DNA of 62,513 bases from Bacteroidota bacterium (GTDB taxonomy: Bacteria > Bacteroidota > Bacteroidia > CAILMK01), in NCBI GenBank assembly GCA_034440515.1, contig JAWXCF010000089.1, positions 1 to 62,513 of the forward strand, in the 5' to 3' direction. The translations under genes were made by a program, and so were the position numbers. The notes beneath the pieces are model-generated. The model had not been told where the DNA came from. It ran no database searches and was given only the letters and a program-made list of their open reading frames with translations. Positions 9,394-20,100 of this stretch are shown here, in pieces (the stretch's first letter is position 1; every line of letters starts with the position of its first letter).

Positions 9394-10344
9394 ATGAAAA
9401 TATTAATAATGGCACTTGCCCTGTTTATATCAGGCAATGTACTTCAAGCACAGACTAACAAAAAGGTAGAGACAGGAAAGGGTAAAAAAGCCACAACAAA
9501 GAAAGTTGTAAAACCTGCTAAAAAAACAAGCATAAACTACAAAACCACTAAAAATGGATTGGGGTATTATTTTTTCACAGAAAACAAGAAATTACCGCTG
9601 CCAGTTGCTGGAGATCAAGTGAATGTGCACTTTACCATTAAAACCGATAATGGCAACGAGCTAAACAGTACCTATAAAATGGGGCAAACAGTTCCTGTAC
9701 AATTAGGACCCACAACTGTATATGCAGACCCAATAGAGGGAATAGGAATGATGCACGAGGGTGATAGCGCTGTGTTTAGAATGTTAACTGACAGTGTATT
9801 TAAAACGTTGCCAGAAATACCAGAACCGGCTAAGGGCTCTAAATATATGTATATGTATGTAAAGGCGTACAGCATAACTAAGGAAAAGGACATAATAAGA
9901 GAACCAGAAGTAGTTGATGCACCAATTACAGAAGGAAATAAGAATAATCAAATGGCAATGGACGAGGAATTAATTCAAAATTATTTAAAAGAGAAAAGTT
10001 TAACATCGCAAGTAACACCTACTGGTTTACACTACGTGATGACAAATCAAGGTAATGGCGAGAAGCCTAAAAAAGGTAGCACTGTTAGTGTTCACTATAA
10101 AGGTACACTGCTAAACGGTAAGAAATTCGATAGCAGCTATGACAGAGATAAGCCATTAGAGTTTCAATTGGGAACAGGTATGGTAATAACAGGTTGGGAT
10201 GAGGGTATTGCCCTATTAAGTAGAGGCGGCAAGGCTACTTTACTTATTCCATCAGCATTAGCTTATGGCAGACAAGCAATGGGCAACGATATTCCAGCTA
10301 ATAGCGTTTTGCTTTTCGAAGTTGAGCTGGTTGACTTCAAATAA
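9394..10344 (+). CDS. FKBP-type peptidyl-prolyl isomerase (degenerate N-terminal FKBP plus canonical C-terminal FKBP)
   Basis: Signal peptide; VHYKG..FDSSY..VITGWDEG..LAYG..IPANS.L.FEVEL. Confidence 0.92.
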   Translation: MKILIMALALFISGNVLQAQTNKKVETGKGKKATTKKVVKPAKKTSINYKTTKNGLGYYFFTENKKLPLPVAGDQVNVHFTIKTDNGNELNSTYKMGQTVPVQLGPTTVYADPIEGIGMMHEGDSAVFRMLTDSVFKTLPEIPEPAKGSKYMYMYVKAYSITKEKDIIREPEVVDAPITEGNKNNQMAMDEELIQNYLKEKSLTSQVTPTGLHYVMTNQGNGEKPKKGSTVSVHYKGTLLNGKKFDSSYDRDKPLEFQLGTGMVITGWDEGIALLSRGGKATLLIPSALAYGRQAMGNDIPANSVLLFEVELVDFK

Positions 10345-10357
10345 CAAGATTCTACTG

Positions 10358-11341
10358 TTGAAAGCGATAATTAACAAGAACATAAGTACACTATTGATAG
10401 CTATTACCCTTTTGGCTAGTGGCTGTCAAGTATTTGGTCAAGGCAGTAAGCCGAAACCTAAGCCTAAAGCTAGCACCCCAAAGAAAAAAGTAGCTGTTGA
10501 CAATACTGGTAAAATACCAAATTTATCTGCTGGAGACCTACACGATAGATTTAGAAGATGGCCTGAGAATAGTTCACCTAAGCCACCGCTGGTACGAATT
10601 GGCACGCACATCATAACTAACTTTACCATAAGTTATGACAATGCAGGTAAGCCACAGGTGATTAGAAATACATTTGAAGAGCAATTACCTGAAATAATTG
10701 ATGTTAAAGAACCTCAGTTTTATGGGGATTTGTTGCAGTATTTACCAATGTTGGGCACGGCCGATAGTGCTGTTATAAAAGTACCGAGTGTTGACTTTTG
10801 GCAAGGTAATGCCCCTGTTGGAATTCCACTTAAAGGCTTTGTAACCTTTAATATGAAGGTAGAGCGAGTACTAAATGATGCTGAAATGGCCGTGTATAAT
10901 GATTCCATTTTACAATTGGGCAGGTTACAATACAAACAATTAGCGCAAGACACTACAGATTTGCTTAATCTAATAGGTGCCGATAGGGCAAACTATTATC
11001 AGACTAATGAAGGCGTTTATGTAAAAATACTTGATGTTGGTACTGGGGAATTAGCACAAACAGGCGACTACGTTACCATTAGATATAAGCTATTCACCAC
11101 TGATGGCACCCTAATAGACGAACGTATGGCCGAAAACACAAACTTGAGATTTCAGCTGGCTGGCACTAAAAAAGTAATACTTGGACTCCAATCTGCCCTA
11201 GTTGGTGTTAGAGTAGGTACAGCTATGAAAATCTACATACCTAGCCTATTCGCTTATGATAAAAGAGGTAGAAAGGGTATTGCCCCCAATACAAATGTTA
11301 TGATGGAAGTGTATTTGATTCGAGTGGAACCGGGATTGTAG
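10358..11341 (+). CDS. FKBP-type PPIase-like lipoprotein, divergent active site
   Basis: Probable TTG start at 10358 (ORF open from 10265); lipobox LASGC; VILGL..IYIPS.FAYD..IAPNTNV. Confidence 0.8.
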   Translation: MKAIINKNISTLLIAITLLASGCQVFGQGSKPKPKPKASTPKKKVAVDNTGKIPNLSAGDLHDRFRRWPENSSPKPPLVRIGTHIITNFTISYDNAGKPQVIRNTFEEQLPEIIDVKEPQFYGDLLQYLPMLGTADSAVIKVPSVDFWQGNAPVGIPLKGFVTFNMKVERVLNDAEMAVYNDSILQLGRLQYKQLAQDTTDLLNLIGADRANYYQTNEGVYVKILDVGTGELAQTGDYVTIRYKLFTTDGTLIDERMAENTNLRFQLAGTKKVILGLQSALVGVRVGTAMKIYIPSLFAYDKRGRKGIAPNTNVMMEVYLIRVEPGL

Positions 11342-12626
11342 TTTTATTTGACTTATTAAAGGGTCTAACTATTAGCCTTACACGCCTGTCCCAAGTGAAG
11401 TAGTTCCATACCCACTCCACGAATACATTTACCCTGTTGCGAAAGCCTATTAAGTAGAGTAAATGGACAAATAGCCAAGCGAACCAAGCTATTACACCGT
11501 GAAGATTACCGCCCGTAGGTAAATCGCCTACAGCCTTTAATCGCCCAACTGTAGCAAGACTTCCCTTATCAAAATATTTAAAGGCAATGGGTACTTTTCC
11601 ATTCCAAAGCCTAATAATGTTTTTAGCACAGTGTTTACCTTGCTGAATCGCAACTGGTGCCAAACTTGGCAAGCCACGTTCGTATTTTTTTGTAGGGAAA
11701 TATGCTATATCACCTATGGCAAATGCATTGTCATAACCCTTTACTCGGGAATATATATCTGTATCTATTTTGTTTCCTTTTACAACTAAGGCTTTGTCTA
11801 ATCCTTCGGGCATATTGCCAGCTACGCCAGCCGCCCAAACTAATGTTGATGTAGGAATCTTAGCACCATTACTTAAGGTAGCTATAATTCCGTCGTAAGA
11901 CGAAACACCAGCGCCAAATTGCAGATCAACCCCCAATTTTCTTAAATATTTCTCTGCATATTTACTTGAAGTCTCACTCATTGCTGCGAGTACTTTAGTG
12001 CCAGGTTCAACCAAGATGACGTTCATTTTGCTGAAATCAATTTCAGGATAATCACTTGGTAGCACTTTATGTTTTAATTCGCACAATGCACCAGCCATCT
12101 CCACCCCTGTCGGTCCACCGCCAGCTAGTACAAAATTTAGTGCCGCTTCTTTCTCCAATTCATCATTAGAACTTAGGTGTTTTTCTATATTTTGTAATAT
12201 CAAGTGCCTTAAATCTATAGCCTCCTCTATTGTCTTTAGACTCATTGCATTTTTCTCTAGGTCTGCCATACCAAAGAAATTTGTTTTCGTGCCAGTTGCA
12301 ATTACTAGGTAATCATATTTTAATTCCCCTTCTGTGGTTATTATTTCGTTTTCGTCCAGCTTTAGACTCTCAACTTCAGCCATTCTATAATGGAAATTTG
12401 GCTTATTGCCGTAAATTTTTCTAATGGGGTAGGCTATGCTACTAGCCTCCAATCCACTGGTAGCTACTTGATATAATAACGGCTGAAATGTATGGTGATT
12501 ATGCTTGTCTAGTAGTACTATTTGCAAATAATCTTGGTTTAAATTGTTAATTACATTCAAACCAGCGAAGCCTGCACCAATTATGACGACACGTTTATTT
12601 GCTGTTTCGGGAATGTTTAAAGCCAT
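11298..12626 (-). CDS. ndh: Type II NADH dehydrogenase (NDH-2)
   Basis: GAGFAG, FQPLLYQVAT, GGGPTGVEMAG, WAAGV, AIGD, APVAIQQG and YFDKGSLATVGR motifs. Confidence 0.95.
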   Translation of the reverse strand: MALNIPETANKRVVIIGAGFAGLNVINNLNQDYLQIVLLDKHNHHTFQPLLYQVATSGLEASSIAYPIRKIYGNKPNFHYRMAEVESLKLDENEIITTEGELKYDYLVIATGTKTNFFGMADLEKNAMSLKTIEEAIDLRHLILQNIEKHLSSNDELEKEAALNFVLAGGGPTGVEMAGALCELKHKVLPSDYPEIDFSKMNVILVEPGTKVLAAMSETSSKYAEKYLRKLGVDLQFGAGVSSYDGIIATLSNGAKIPTSTLVWAAGVAGNMPEGLDKALVVKGNKIDTDIYSRVKGYDNAFAIGDIAYFPTKKYERGLPSLAPVAIQQGKHCAKNIIRLWNGKVPIAFKYFDKGSLATVGRLKAVGDLPTGGNLHGVIAWFAWLFVHLLYLIGFRNRVNVFVEWVWNYFTWDRRVRLIVRPFNKSNKTTIPVPLESNTLPS

Positions 12627-12683
12627 AGTTTTACCAATATTTGGGTAAATATATAACAGGAATAGGTGGCTTTTTGATTAATG

Positions 12684-13517
12684 TTACTTTATGCTAATTG
12701 GCTCAAGTGCTAATAAAGTATGCCAAGAGGTGTCAAAAATCTTGTCTTTATTAAATTGAGCAAATTTTCTGGTCATCTCTAACCCGCCAAAGTAATAGCG
12801 CAAGGCCCACGGTGCAACAAATATGGCAAGTCCTCCAGTATAGATTTGCGCAGTATTCACAACTAGAAAAGTGATTCCTCCTACTACAACTAAACTATTA
12901 ATACCTTTGCCAGGTCTGCCTGCTAAAGTTTGCCCCAAGCCAGGAACCAAAATACTAGCTAATGTCAAGCGACCCTTATTATTACGACGTATTACTTTGC
13001 GATATTTATTTAAGGTACTGTCTATTTTAGTGTGTTGAAAAATGGGTAGAGAATTGTGGAAATAGAACTTAGCCGAGTCCAGTTTCTTCATTTTAAAAAA
13101 AGACATTCCCCGCCAATAATCTGCTGAAGACCTGTTATTTGCACTTACTAAGTTGAGGGCTTTTATGCTTGTTTTAGGTTTGTCTATTGCCAATAGCAGT
13201 TTAGCTTTGGCTACTAGGAAGGCATCTTTACTATTTACATCAACCTGAGGCAAAGCCAAAACGATGGTGTCAAGCACATCTATAGATAAGTCATATTGTT
13301 GTGTTTGTATATAACATACACTTAGGCGCTCTAGATAATTTACTTTAATAGAGTCATTTGCATAATTTTTATTATACAAAAGTCTTTCATACTCTAGTGC
13401 AGCAGTTGTGAACTGCGAGGCTGAAAATAATGAGTCTGCTAAAGTTTGTGCCTTAATACTTGGACCAGATGCAATTGCGAAAATATATATCAAGATTCTA
13501 AAGTATTTGCAGGCCAT
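12684..13517 (-). CDS. Exported TPR-like protein with C-terminal hydrophobic hairpin
   Basis: Signal-like N-terminus; ADSLF....F..AALEYER TPR start; LASILVPGLGQ...G followed by two hydrophobic segments. Confidence 0.7.
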   Translation of the reverse strand: MACKYFRILIYIFAIASGPSIKAQTLADSLFSASQFTTAALEYERLLYNKNYANDSIKVNYLERLSVCYIQTQQYDLSIDVLDTIVLALPQVDVNSKDAFLVAKAKLLLAIDKPKTSIKALNLVSANNRSSADYWRGMSFFKMKKLDSAKFYFHNSLPIFQHTKIDSTLNKYRKVIRRNNKGRLTLASILVPGLGQTLAGRPGKGINSLVVVGGITFLVVNTAQIYTGGLAIFVAPWALRYYFGGLEMTRKFAQFNKDKIFDTSWHTLLALEPISIK

Positions 13518-14337
13518 TTATACGAGCTTTTTCCATTAATTTTTCTTCTTTCCTAGCCTTATAGTTTTTTGCAGATTTTACAGCACCATATACATTACCT
13601 ACATAGAATGCCACGGCGGCCCCACCAAATATATACCCAGCTACACTTGATGTGCCCCTCTGTTCAAAGGCAATCTTAGCAGGTACAGCACACGCTATAA
13701 ATGAAGTTAGATTAAAGGCAGCTAATCCAAATTCCCCAGTATATACTTTACCCAGTCCAGGCACCATTGCACTAAGGGTGCCTGCCAAGAATGGATCTTT
13801 TTCCTTAATTCTAAGTCCTAGATTTATAATACTATCGTTTGATTTGTACATAGCAGGCTTCATTACGCTGGATATAGTTGGCAAATACAGTTTGGCATTT
13901 TTCCAATCGCCTAATGTAGCAGATAAGCAAAACTTAGGGATTGCAATTACCGAATCACGACAAGTAATTTGAATATAAGTCAGCCATTTTCTGCTGGTAA
14001 TTGTGTCTTCTAGCAATAGGTTATAATAAGATAACCTGTTTACTATTTCTATCTTATTCTCTAAATCTCTATTTAGCAAGATGATGCTATCAAATAGTTG
14101 CGTTGCATTTTTATTTAAATCAGTATAAATGTTTAGTTTTATTTCTGGAATATAATGCTTGGCTTTGGCTAACGGGTAGCTTAGTCGCCAATGTTGATAT
14201 TCTAGGATAGCCTGCGGGTAGGCACCCTTATTCTCTAGGTATTTCGCAAACTTATGAAGAGTTGTATCTTGGGCAATTGCTTGTCTGCTGATGCAAAGCA
14301 TCAGTAGCAGCAGTATGACTAAGGTTTGTCTATCCAT
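13498..14337 (-). CDS. Exported TPR-like protein with C-terminal hydrophobic hairpin (paralog of 12684..13517)
   Basis: Signal peptide ending AIAQ; FAKYL...Y.QAILEY; LAGTLSAMVPGLGKVYTG...FYVGNVYGA. Confidence 0.7.
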   Translation of the reverse strand: MDRQTLVILLLLMLCISRQAIAQDTTLHKFAKYLENKGAYPQAILEYQHWRLSYPLAKAKHYIPEIKLNIYTDLNKNATQLFDSIILLNRDLENKIEIVNRLSYYNLLLEDTITSRKWLTYIQITCRDSVIAIPKFCLSATLGDWKNAKLYLPTISSVMKPAMYKSNDSIINLGLRIKEKDPFLAGTLSAMVPGLGKVYTGEFGLAAFNLTSFIACAVPAKIAFEQRGTSSVAGYIFGGAAVAFYVGNVYGAVKSAKNYKARKEEKLMEKARINGLQIL

Positions 14338-14726
14338 CTTCCATCATCAGCTTTGGGGTGTATACCAGCAGAGAATGCATTACAACGCTGCACTCTATCT
14401 GAGCCATTCATTAATCCTTTTACAAATCCGTATTCGCGAATGGACTGTACCATATATTGGCTACAACTTGGTGCATACGGGCAATGGCTACCATCCTGAC
14501 TGCTAAAGAAATTTTTATATGTGTAAAACATAGCCTCAACAGTCAGTTTTACGGGGTTATAGCTTGGTGTAAATGACACGTGAGTATGAATAACCTTAGG
14601 TGGTGTCACAGCATCAACTACAGCCTTACTAGTTACAGATGATATTAATGCCTGTCCAGTAGCAAATTGCGACAGACACAACATTAATATAACGCTTATC
14701 GCTATTTTAATTTTTCCTATATTCAT
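14319..14726 (-). CDS. YidD (haemolytic-domain) family protein with N-terminal signal peptide
   Basis: Probable ATG at 14726 (ORF open from 14744); Y...SSQDGSHCPYAPSCSQY..QSI..YG..KG.....RVQRCN YidD signature. Confidence 0.8.
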   Translation of the reverse strand: MNIGKIKIAISVILMLCLSQFATGQALISSVTSKAVVDAVTPPKVIHTHVSFTPSYNPVKLTVEAMFYTYKNFFSSQDGSHCPYAPSCSQYMVQSIREYGFVKGLMNGSDRVQRCNAFSAGIHPKADDGRWIDKP

Positions 14727-16122
14727 AAATCCTTTTCCCCTCATATTCCCAAACCTTTAGTGCTTTTCCCGTTAATCGTGATGTAAAAATATACGTATTT
14801 AATGAATCAATCGTATTGGCATCAAACAAAAATGGTGCTTTTAATTCACTTGCCAAAAAATTGTTATATTTTACTCTATTTGGTTCGTGATTATTATGTA
14901 GATAGTGGAAATTTCCTGTGTCATATTTCGGATAAAAATTTGCCAATAACCTGAATTCTGAATAAGTAATCGTATCGTCCTCTATGAAATAAATTTGAGC
15001 ATCAGTTTGACTAATTCTTTTCATTTCAGCTTCCATAGCTTTATCTTTTTTTGGCATTCTATTTTTAAAGCTACTAATGCTTAGCCCAACTAAAATGATG
15101 CAAAGTAGAATTTGTCTGCGATAAATTAATCCAAATGCTGATAGAATAGGGACTATTAGGGGGAAAAGCCCAACAAAATACCTGGGGGGTAAAATGGTAT
15201 TGTACGGTATAAAGATAGAAGCCAATACTATAACACCACCGGATGTGGCTACTACAATTAGAGTCTTGTTCCAAGTTTTGGCCAGCCTTTTCCCAAAGCT
15301 AGAATAGTATTTATTAGTATGAAATATGTAAAGAAGTGCTATGAATATGATGCCAATTTCACTTGGGATTATAAATTTACCAATTGTATTTGTGGTGTGT
15401 TTTAGCGTAGTAAGTATTGGAATGGGTGCTGAAATAAACAGGAATTCTTGCTGTGCGGTAAGCATAAAGTCAACCCTTGCTACTATCCAATACAACAAAA
15501 TTGGGCCCATCAAAAATATTAAAACCCTAAGTAAAGACACCTTCCTAAAGTGTAGCATTATTACTGAAACCACGATGCTGAGTAAAAATAGCGGTGAAGT
15601 AAGTAAACCAAGTATTGCCAACATAATGTAAACGAAATAATCTAATCGCTTTTCAAATTTATTGGTGTATAGCAATGAGCTAAACATTATCAGTAGTCCG
15701 TAGCATCTACCTGTTACAAATACATCGTGTATCAGACTGATAGACAAGACAGTAACGCACAATATTCCAAATTGGATAATACTGTGTTTGCGGTGAATAG
15801 CACTTAATGAATAAGTCCAAATACCAATGGATATTAGTATTGGAATAAAACTCCATAACCTTTGAATAAATATAACATCGTCAAATACTTGATTTGTAAG
15901 CCAAACCAATACAGGAAATACATACCCATTATCTGCACCTCTATGTATTACGTCTATTAAATGGGGTATGCTCTTGGCATTTGTCAGAAAGTATCCGTAA
16001 AACTCGTCTCCAGATACGTAATGGGTAATAAGTTCTAAATAGCTGAAGTACAGCATAAAGCCAGTACATAGTGCAGTGACTATTATGACTAATAAAGTAC
16101 GCGTTTGTTGGCTATGTAGCAT
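14707..16122 (-). CDS. Polytopic membrane protein, possible GT-C fold glycosyltransferase
   Basis: About 10-11 TM helices; GDE in first loop, GRCYG and PRYF motifs; soluble C-terminal tail. Confidence 0.5.
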   Translation of the reverse strand: MLHSQQTRTLLVIIVTALCTGFMLYFSYLELITHYVSGDEFYGYFLTNAKSIPHLIDVIHRGADNGYVFPVLVWLTNQVFDDVIFIQRLWSFIPILISIGIWTYSLSAIHRKHSIIQFGILCVTVLSISLIHDVFVTGRCYGLLIMFSSLLYTNKFEKRLDYFVYIMLAILGLLTSPLFLLSIVVSVIMLHFRKVSLLRVLIFLMGPILLYWIVARVDFMLTAQQEFLFISAPIPILTTLKHTTNTIGKFIIPSEIGIIFIALLYIFHTNKYYSSFGKRLAKTWNKTLIVVATSGGVIVLASIFIPYNTILPPRYFVGLFPLIVPILSAFGLIYRRQILLCIILVGLSISSFKNRMPKKDKAMEAEMKRISQTDAQIYFIEDDTITYSEFRLLANFYPKYDTGNFHYLHNNHEPNRVKYNNFLASELKAPFLFDANTIDSLNTYIFTSRLTGKALKVWEYEGKRIYEYRKN

Positions 16123-16352
16123 AGCAAATCTGGATTTTAAGAATTAATATCCGGCTCAAAATCATCGTTTAGCAAAAGTACCTAAGCTACTTTGTAATTT
16201 CCCTTTATAAAATTATTTACAAGGCAATAAAGCGCGGTATGATAAGTAAGTTAAAAAGCATACAACTATTTAAATTTGAATAGTGGAACAAACTTCCACT
16301 ATTATTAGTAATCCATAATGACTAGATTTATTTAACATCTATTAATAATTAT

Positions 16353-16475
16353 ATGAGTAAGAAAACTCCTACTAAGGACTATCAATCAGTTCAATCAAAC
16401 GCTAACAAAGGTAGCAAGGGTACTAATATGGCTTATGATAAAGGTCAAGGTAATAATGAACGCATTAAATCCTAA
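16353..16475 (+). CDS. Small Asn/Gly/Lys-rich hypothetical protein (40 aa), possibly frameshifted near its 3' end
   Basis: MSKKTPTKDYQSVQSNANKGSKGTNMAYDKGQGNNERIKS; absent from the ORF track; an alternate frame continues LNPNNPKTD. Confidence 0.45.
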   Translation: MSKKTPTKDYQSVQSNANKGSKGTNMAYDKGQGNNERIKS

Positions 16476-16586
16476 TAATCCTAAGACAGATTAGGATTAG
16501 TTCTAATTTTTACGTCTTTTAAGCTTAAGTTTTTTTGAAAAAAGTGACTACAACCAAATTGTTGTAGAATTCTATTTGTCTATTTG

Positions 16587-16952
16587 CTAGATTAAAACCC
16601 AACTACCTAGGAGCCAATATAATATTGCACCACTCAGTCCTTCGTGCTTATATGTAACTTGTTTGTTAAAGACCTTGAACATTATTTTTTTTGGAAGATG
16701 TCTATTTGATTTTGAATAAAATGTGGTGTATTTGTCAATAACAACATAGGAAATACTGTCTAATGGGCAATTGTTTTCTTCACTTACTCTTTGAATTAGT
16801 TTATTCATTTTGATGTCAATAGATTTTCTATTCTGTTTTGAAAACCCTTGACCAACGGCATCTCTATTTGTTTGAGAATAAAGAGAATTTGAACAAAAAA
16901 ATACTATAAGACTTAAGATAAAGCATAATTTATATAAATTAAGTATTTTCAT
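16587..16952 (-). CDS. Hypothetical exported protein
   Basis: 121 aa, signal peptide ending LYSQ, very AT-rich. Confidence 0.6.
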   Translation of the reverse strand: MKILNLYKLCFILSLIVFFCSNSLYSQTNRDAVGQGFSKQNRKSIDIKMNKLIQRVSEENNCPLDSISYVVIDKYTTFYSKSNRHLPKKIMFKVFNKQVTYKHEGLSGAILYWLLGSWVLI

Positions 16953-17174
16953 AATATTTAATGATTTATTTCTTATTAGATTAGGAACTTAATTGTTAGA
17001 ACTTTAACTATTGTAGTGGATCTGTTTGTTGTAGCTTAAATTCACTAAACAAAACTACCTAAATCCTTTTTTAAAAATATACAATTTAATAAGTCAATCT
17101 CCAATTCATTATTCCTGACGAAATACTGTAGGTCATTATGCCTTTAGCATTATATTTGATACCTACTGTTACAG

Positions 17175-20100
17175 ATGCCTGCCCTGCAAAATAATTATGA
17201 ACTCTTATTAGACAAATTGCGCTCATTTAAGCGGAAATACTATCTAAATGAAATACTCAGGGGTTTTATATATTTCATTGCAATACTGTTAATTAGCTAT
17301 TTAATAGCGGCATTTTTGGAATATTTGGGTCGATTGGATCCCCTACCCAGAACCATTTTGTTTTGGAGCTTTATAGCTGTAAATGTTTGGGTAATCATTA
17401 GATTTATTGCGTTACCAATTTTCAGTTTGGTAGAACTAAGACAAGGCATTAGCACAGAGCAAGCCGCCAATATAATAGGTCGTCACTTTAGCGATGTAAA
17501 AGACAAACTGTTAAATACCCTGCAACTGCATCAGCAGGCAACAGTTAGCACAGACCTTGGAGCCAGAAGCCTTATTGAAGCCTCAATTAATCAAAAGGCA
17601 GTTCAGTTAAAGCCAATTCCATTTATAAATGCAATAGACTTATCGGGTAATAAAAGGTACCTAAAGTGGGTATTGCCTCCAGTTGCTATCATTATATTGT
17701 TACTGATAGTAGCTCCCAAAATATTAAGAGATAGTACTACAAGACTGGTTGCCTACAACAAAACGTTTGAAAAAGAGGCTCCATTTAAATTTGAGTTGCT
17801 GAACAAAGAGTTAAAGGCAATGCGTGGGGAAGACTTTGCTATTAAATTAAGTGTTGCAGGTGAGCAATTGCCAGCAGAAGTATTCATAATAGTAGATGGT
17901 AATAAGGTAAAAATGAATGCAGAGGGTAAGTCCTCTTTCAACTACACCCTACGTAGCCTAAGTAAGCGGGAATATCAGATAGAGTTTACAGCAAATGGAT
18001 TTACTACAAAAAAGTATTTGCTAAAGGTAAACCCGAAAGCAGGACTTGAAAAGTTTGAAGTTAGCGTGAAATACCCAAGCTATTTGGGTAAGAAAGACGA
18101 AGTGCTTAGCAATGCTGGAGATATGACTTTGCCACAAGGAACAATAGTCAAATGGCAGTTTTATCCTGTTGATGCAGAAACACTAAGCCTGATATTAGGT
18201 GCTGAAAATAAAGAAGTTACTAAAAACGAAGTGGGCGAATATGTATGGCAAAGCAAAGTAATGCAAGACCAAGACTACACCGTATTAACCCAAAATAGAT
18301 ATATGAGTAAGCCTGATAGCATTAGCTATCAGATAACTGTGATACCAGATGCAGCACCAAGTATAACTGCGACAGAAGAACGTGACCCAAATATTAAACA
18401 GGCAGCATTGTTTAATGGAGACATTCACGACGACCACGGCTTTAGCAGATTGCATTTTGTATATAAATTTACAAAACGCAGTGATAGCGCTTCCAGAAAA
18501 TCGCCCAATAGTGGCAGCATAAATTTACCCCTGGCACCAGGCAGGTTAGACCAAAGCTTTGTTTACTATTGGGATATGACCAATGTAAAAGTAAGCCCAG
18601 GCGATGAGTTAGAATATTATATAGAAGTCTATGACAACGATGGTGTAAATGGTGCAAAGTCTGCTAGAACACAAAGTTTCTACTATAAAACACCAAGCCT
18701 AAATGAAATAGAAAAGGACAATGCTAAGAATATGGCAGAATTGCAAAAGGATATGGAGTCTGCTATGAAGGAAGCTCAACAATTGCAAAAAGAATTAGAA
18801 AAGGAACGTAGAAGTTTGACCAATAAACCAAATTTAGATTTTCAAGATAAAAAGCGTCTCCAAACCTTGTTGAATAGGCAAAAGGAGTTGCAAGAAAAAA
18901 TGAAAAAACTAAATGAGCAATATGAGAAAAATTTAAAAGATAGAAACGAGTTTACCCCACTAGAAAAAGAACTGCAAGAGAAAAATGATCGATTGCTAGA
19001 ACTGATGAAGCAGATGAATGACCCAGAAATGGAAAAAATGGCGCAGGAACTTCAAAAGCAATTAGATAAAGACGATAAGGAAGGCTTGCAAAAGCAGTTG
19101 AGTGAAATGCAAGAGAAAGATAAAGAATTGCAAAAAGACCTAGAGCGAATGCAAGAAATGTACAAGCAATTGGAGTTTGAGCAAAACTTAAATCAAAATA
19201 TCGAAAAATTAGATAAACTAAAGGAAGATCAAGAAAAATTAGCAGAAAAAACAGAAAAATCACCTGCTAATGATGCACAAAAGCAAGAGCAATTGAAAGA
19301 AGAGCAGAAGAAAATTGATAAGGAGTTTGACGAGGTGAAAAAGGATATTGAAAAGCTGGAGAAAATAAACGATGAACTTGAGAATAAAAATGAAATGGAA
19401 GACACCAAACCAGAGCAGGAAGATATAGACGATGCGATGGAGAAAAGTGAGGAAGATCTAGAAAAGAAAGAGAATAGTAAAGCTGCTAAAAATCAAAAAG
19501 ATGCAGGGAAGAATATGCAGAAGATGAAAGAAAAGCTAGAAAAAATGAAAATGGAAGCAGATAGCGATGCAAAAATGGAGGACTATAATACGCTGAGAGA
19601 AATATTAGACAACTTGATCTATGTGAGTAAGGAACAAGAACGATTAATGTCTAAAATAGCAGATGTAAATGAGTATAATTCTGAGTTTCTAGAACTATCT
19701 AAAAGGCAAAGACAACTAAAAGATGATGCTACGCTAATAGAAGATAGCCTATTAGCACTAAGTAAGCGGGTGCCAGAGATAAGTGGATTTGTAAATAAAG
19801 AGATAGCAGAGATAAACTTTAATATGAATCAAGCTCTTGATGCATTGAGTAAGCGAAATCTTGGTGAGGGTCAAAAATATCAGCAATTTGCAATGACTTC
19901 GCTAAATAACTTGGCACTAATGTTAAGTGAAAGTCTTGAGAATATGCAAGAAAGTATGAAGATGGACGCAGACAGTAAGCCTGGTAAAAAGCCAAGCAAA
20001 AAGAAAGGTAAGAAGCCTGGAAAAATGTCTATGAAGCAACTGCGGGAACAACAGCAACAATTGCAAAAAGACCTACAGGGTATGAAAAAAGACCAAGAGG

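Noticed and set aside
16549-16568. CTACAAC/GTTGTAG inverted repeat as an integron attC site flanking 16587..16952
   Set aside because: The arms are only 6 nt apart, far too short for attC, and no integrase or cassette array is present. It is more likely a weak terminator.
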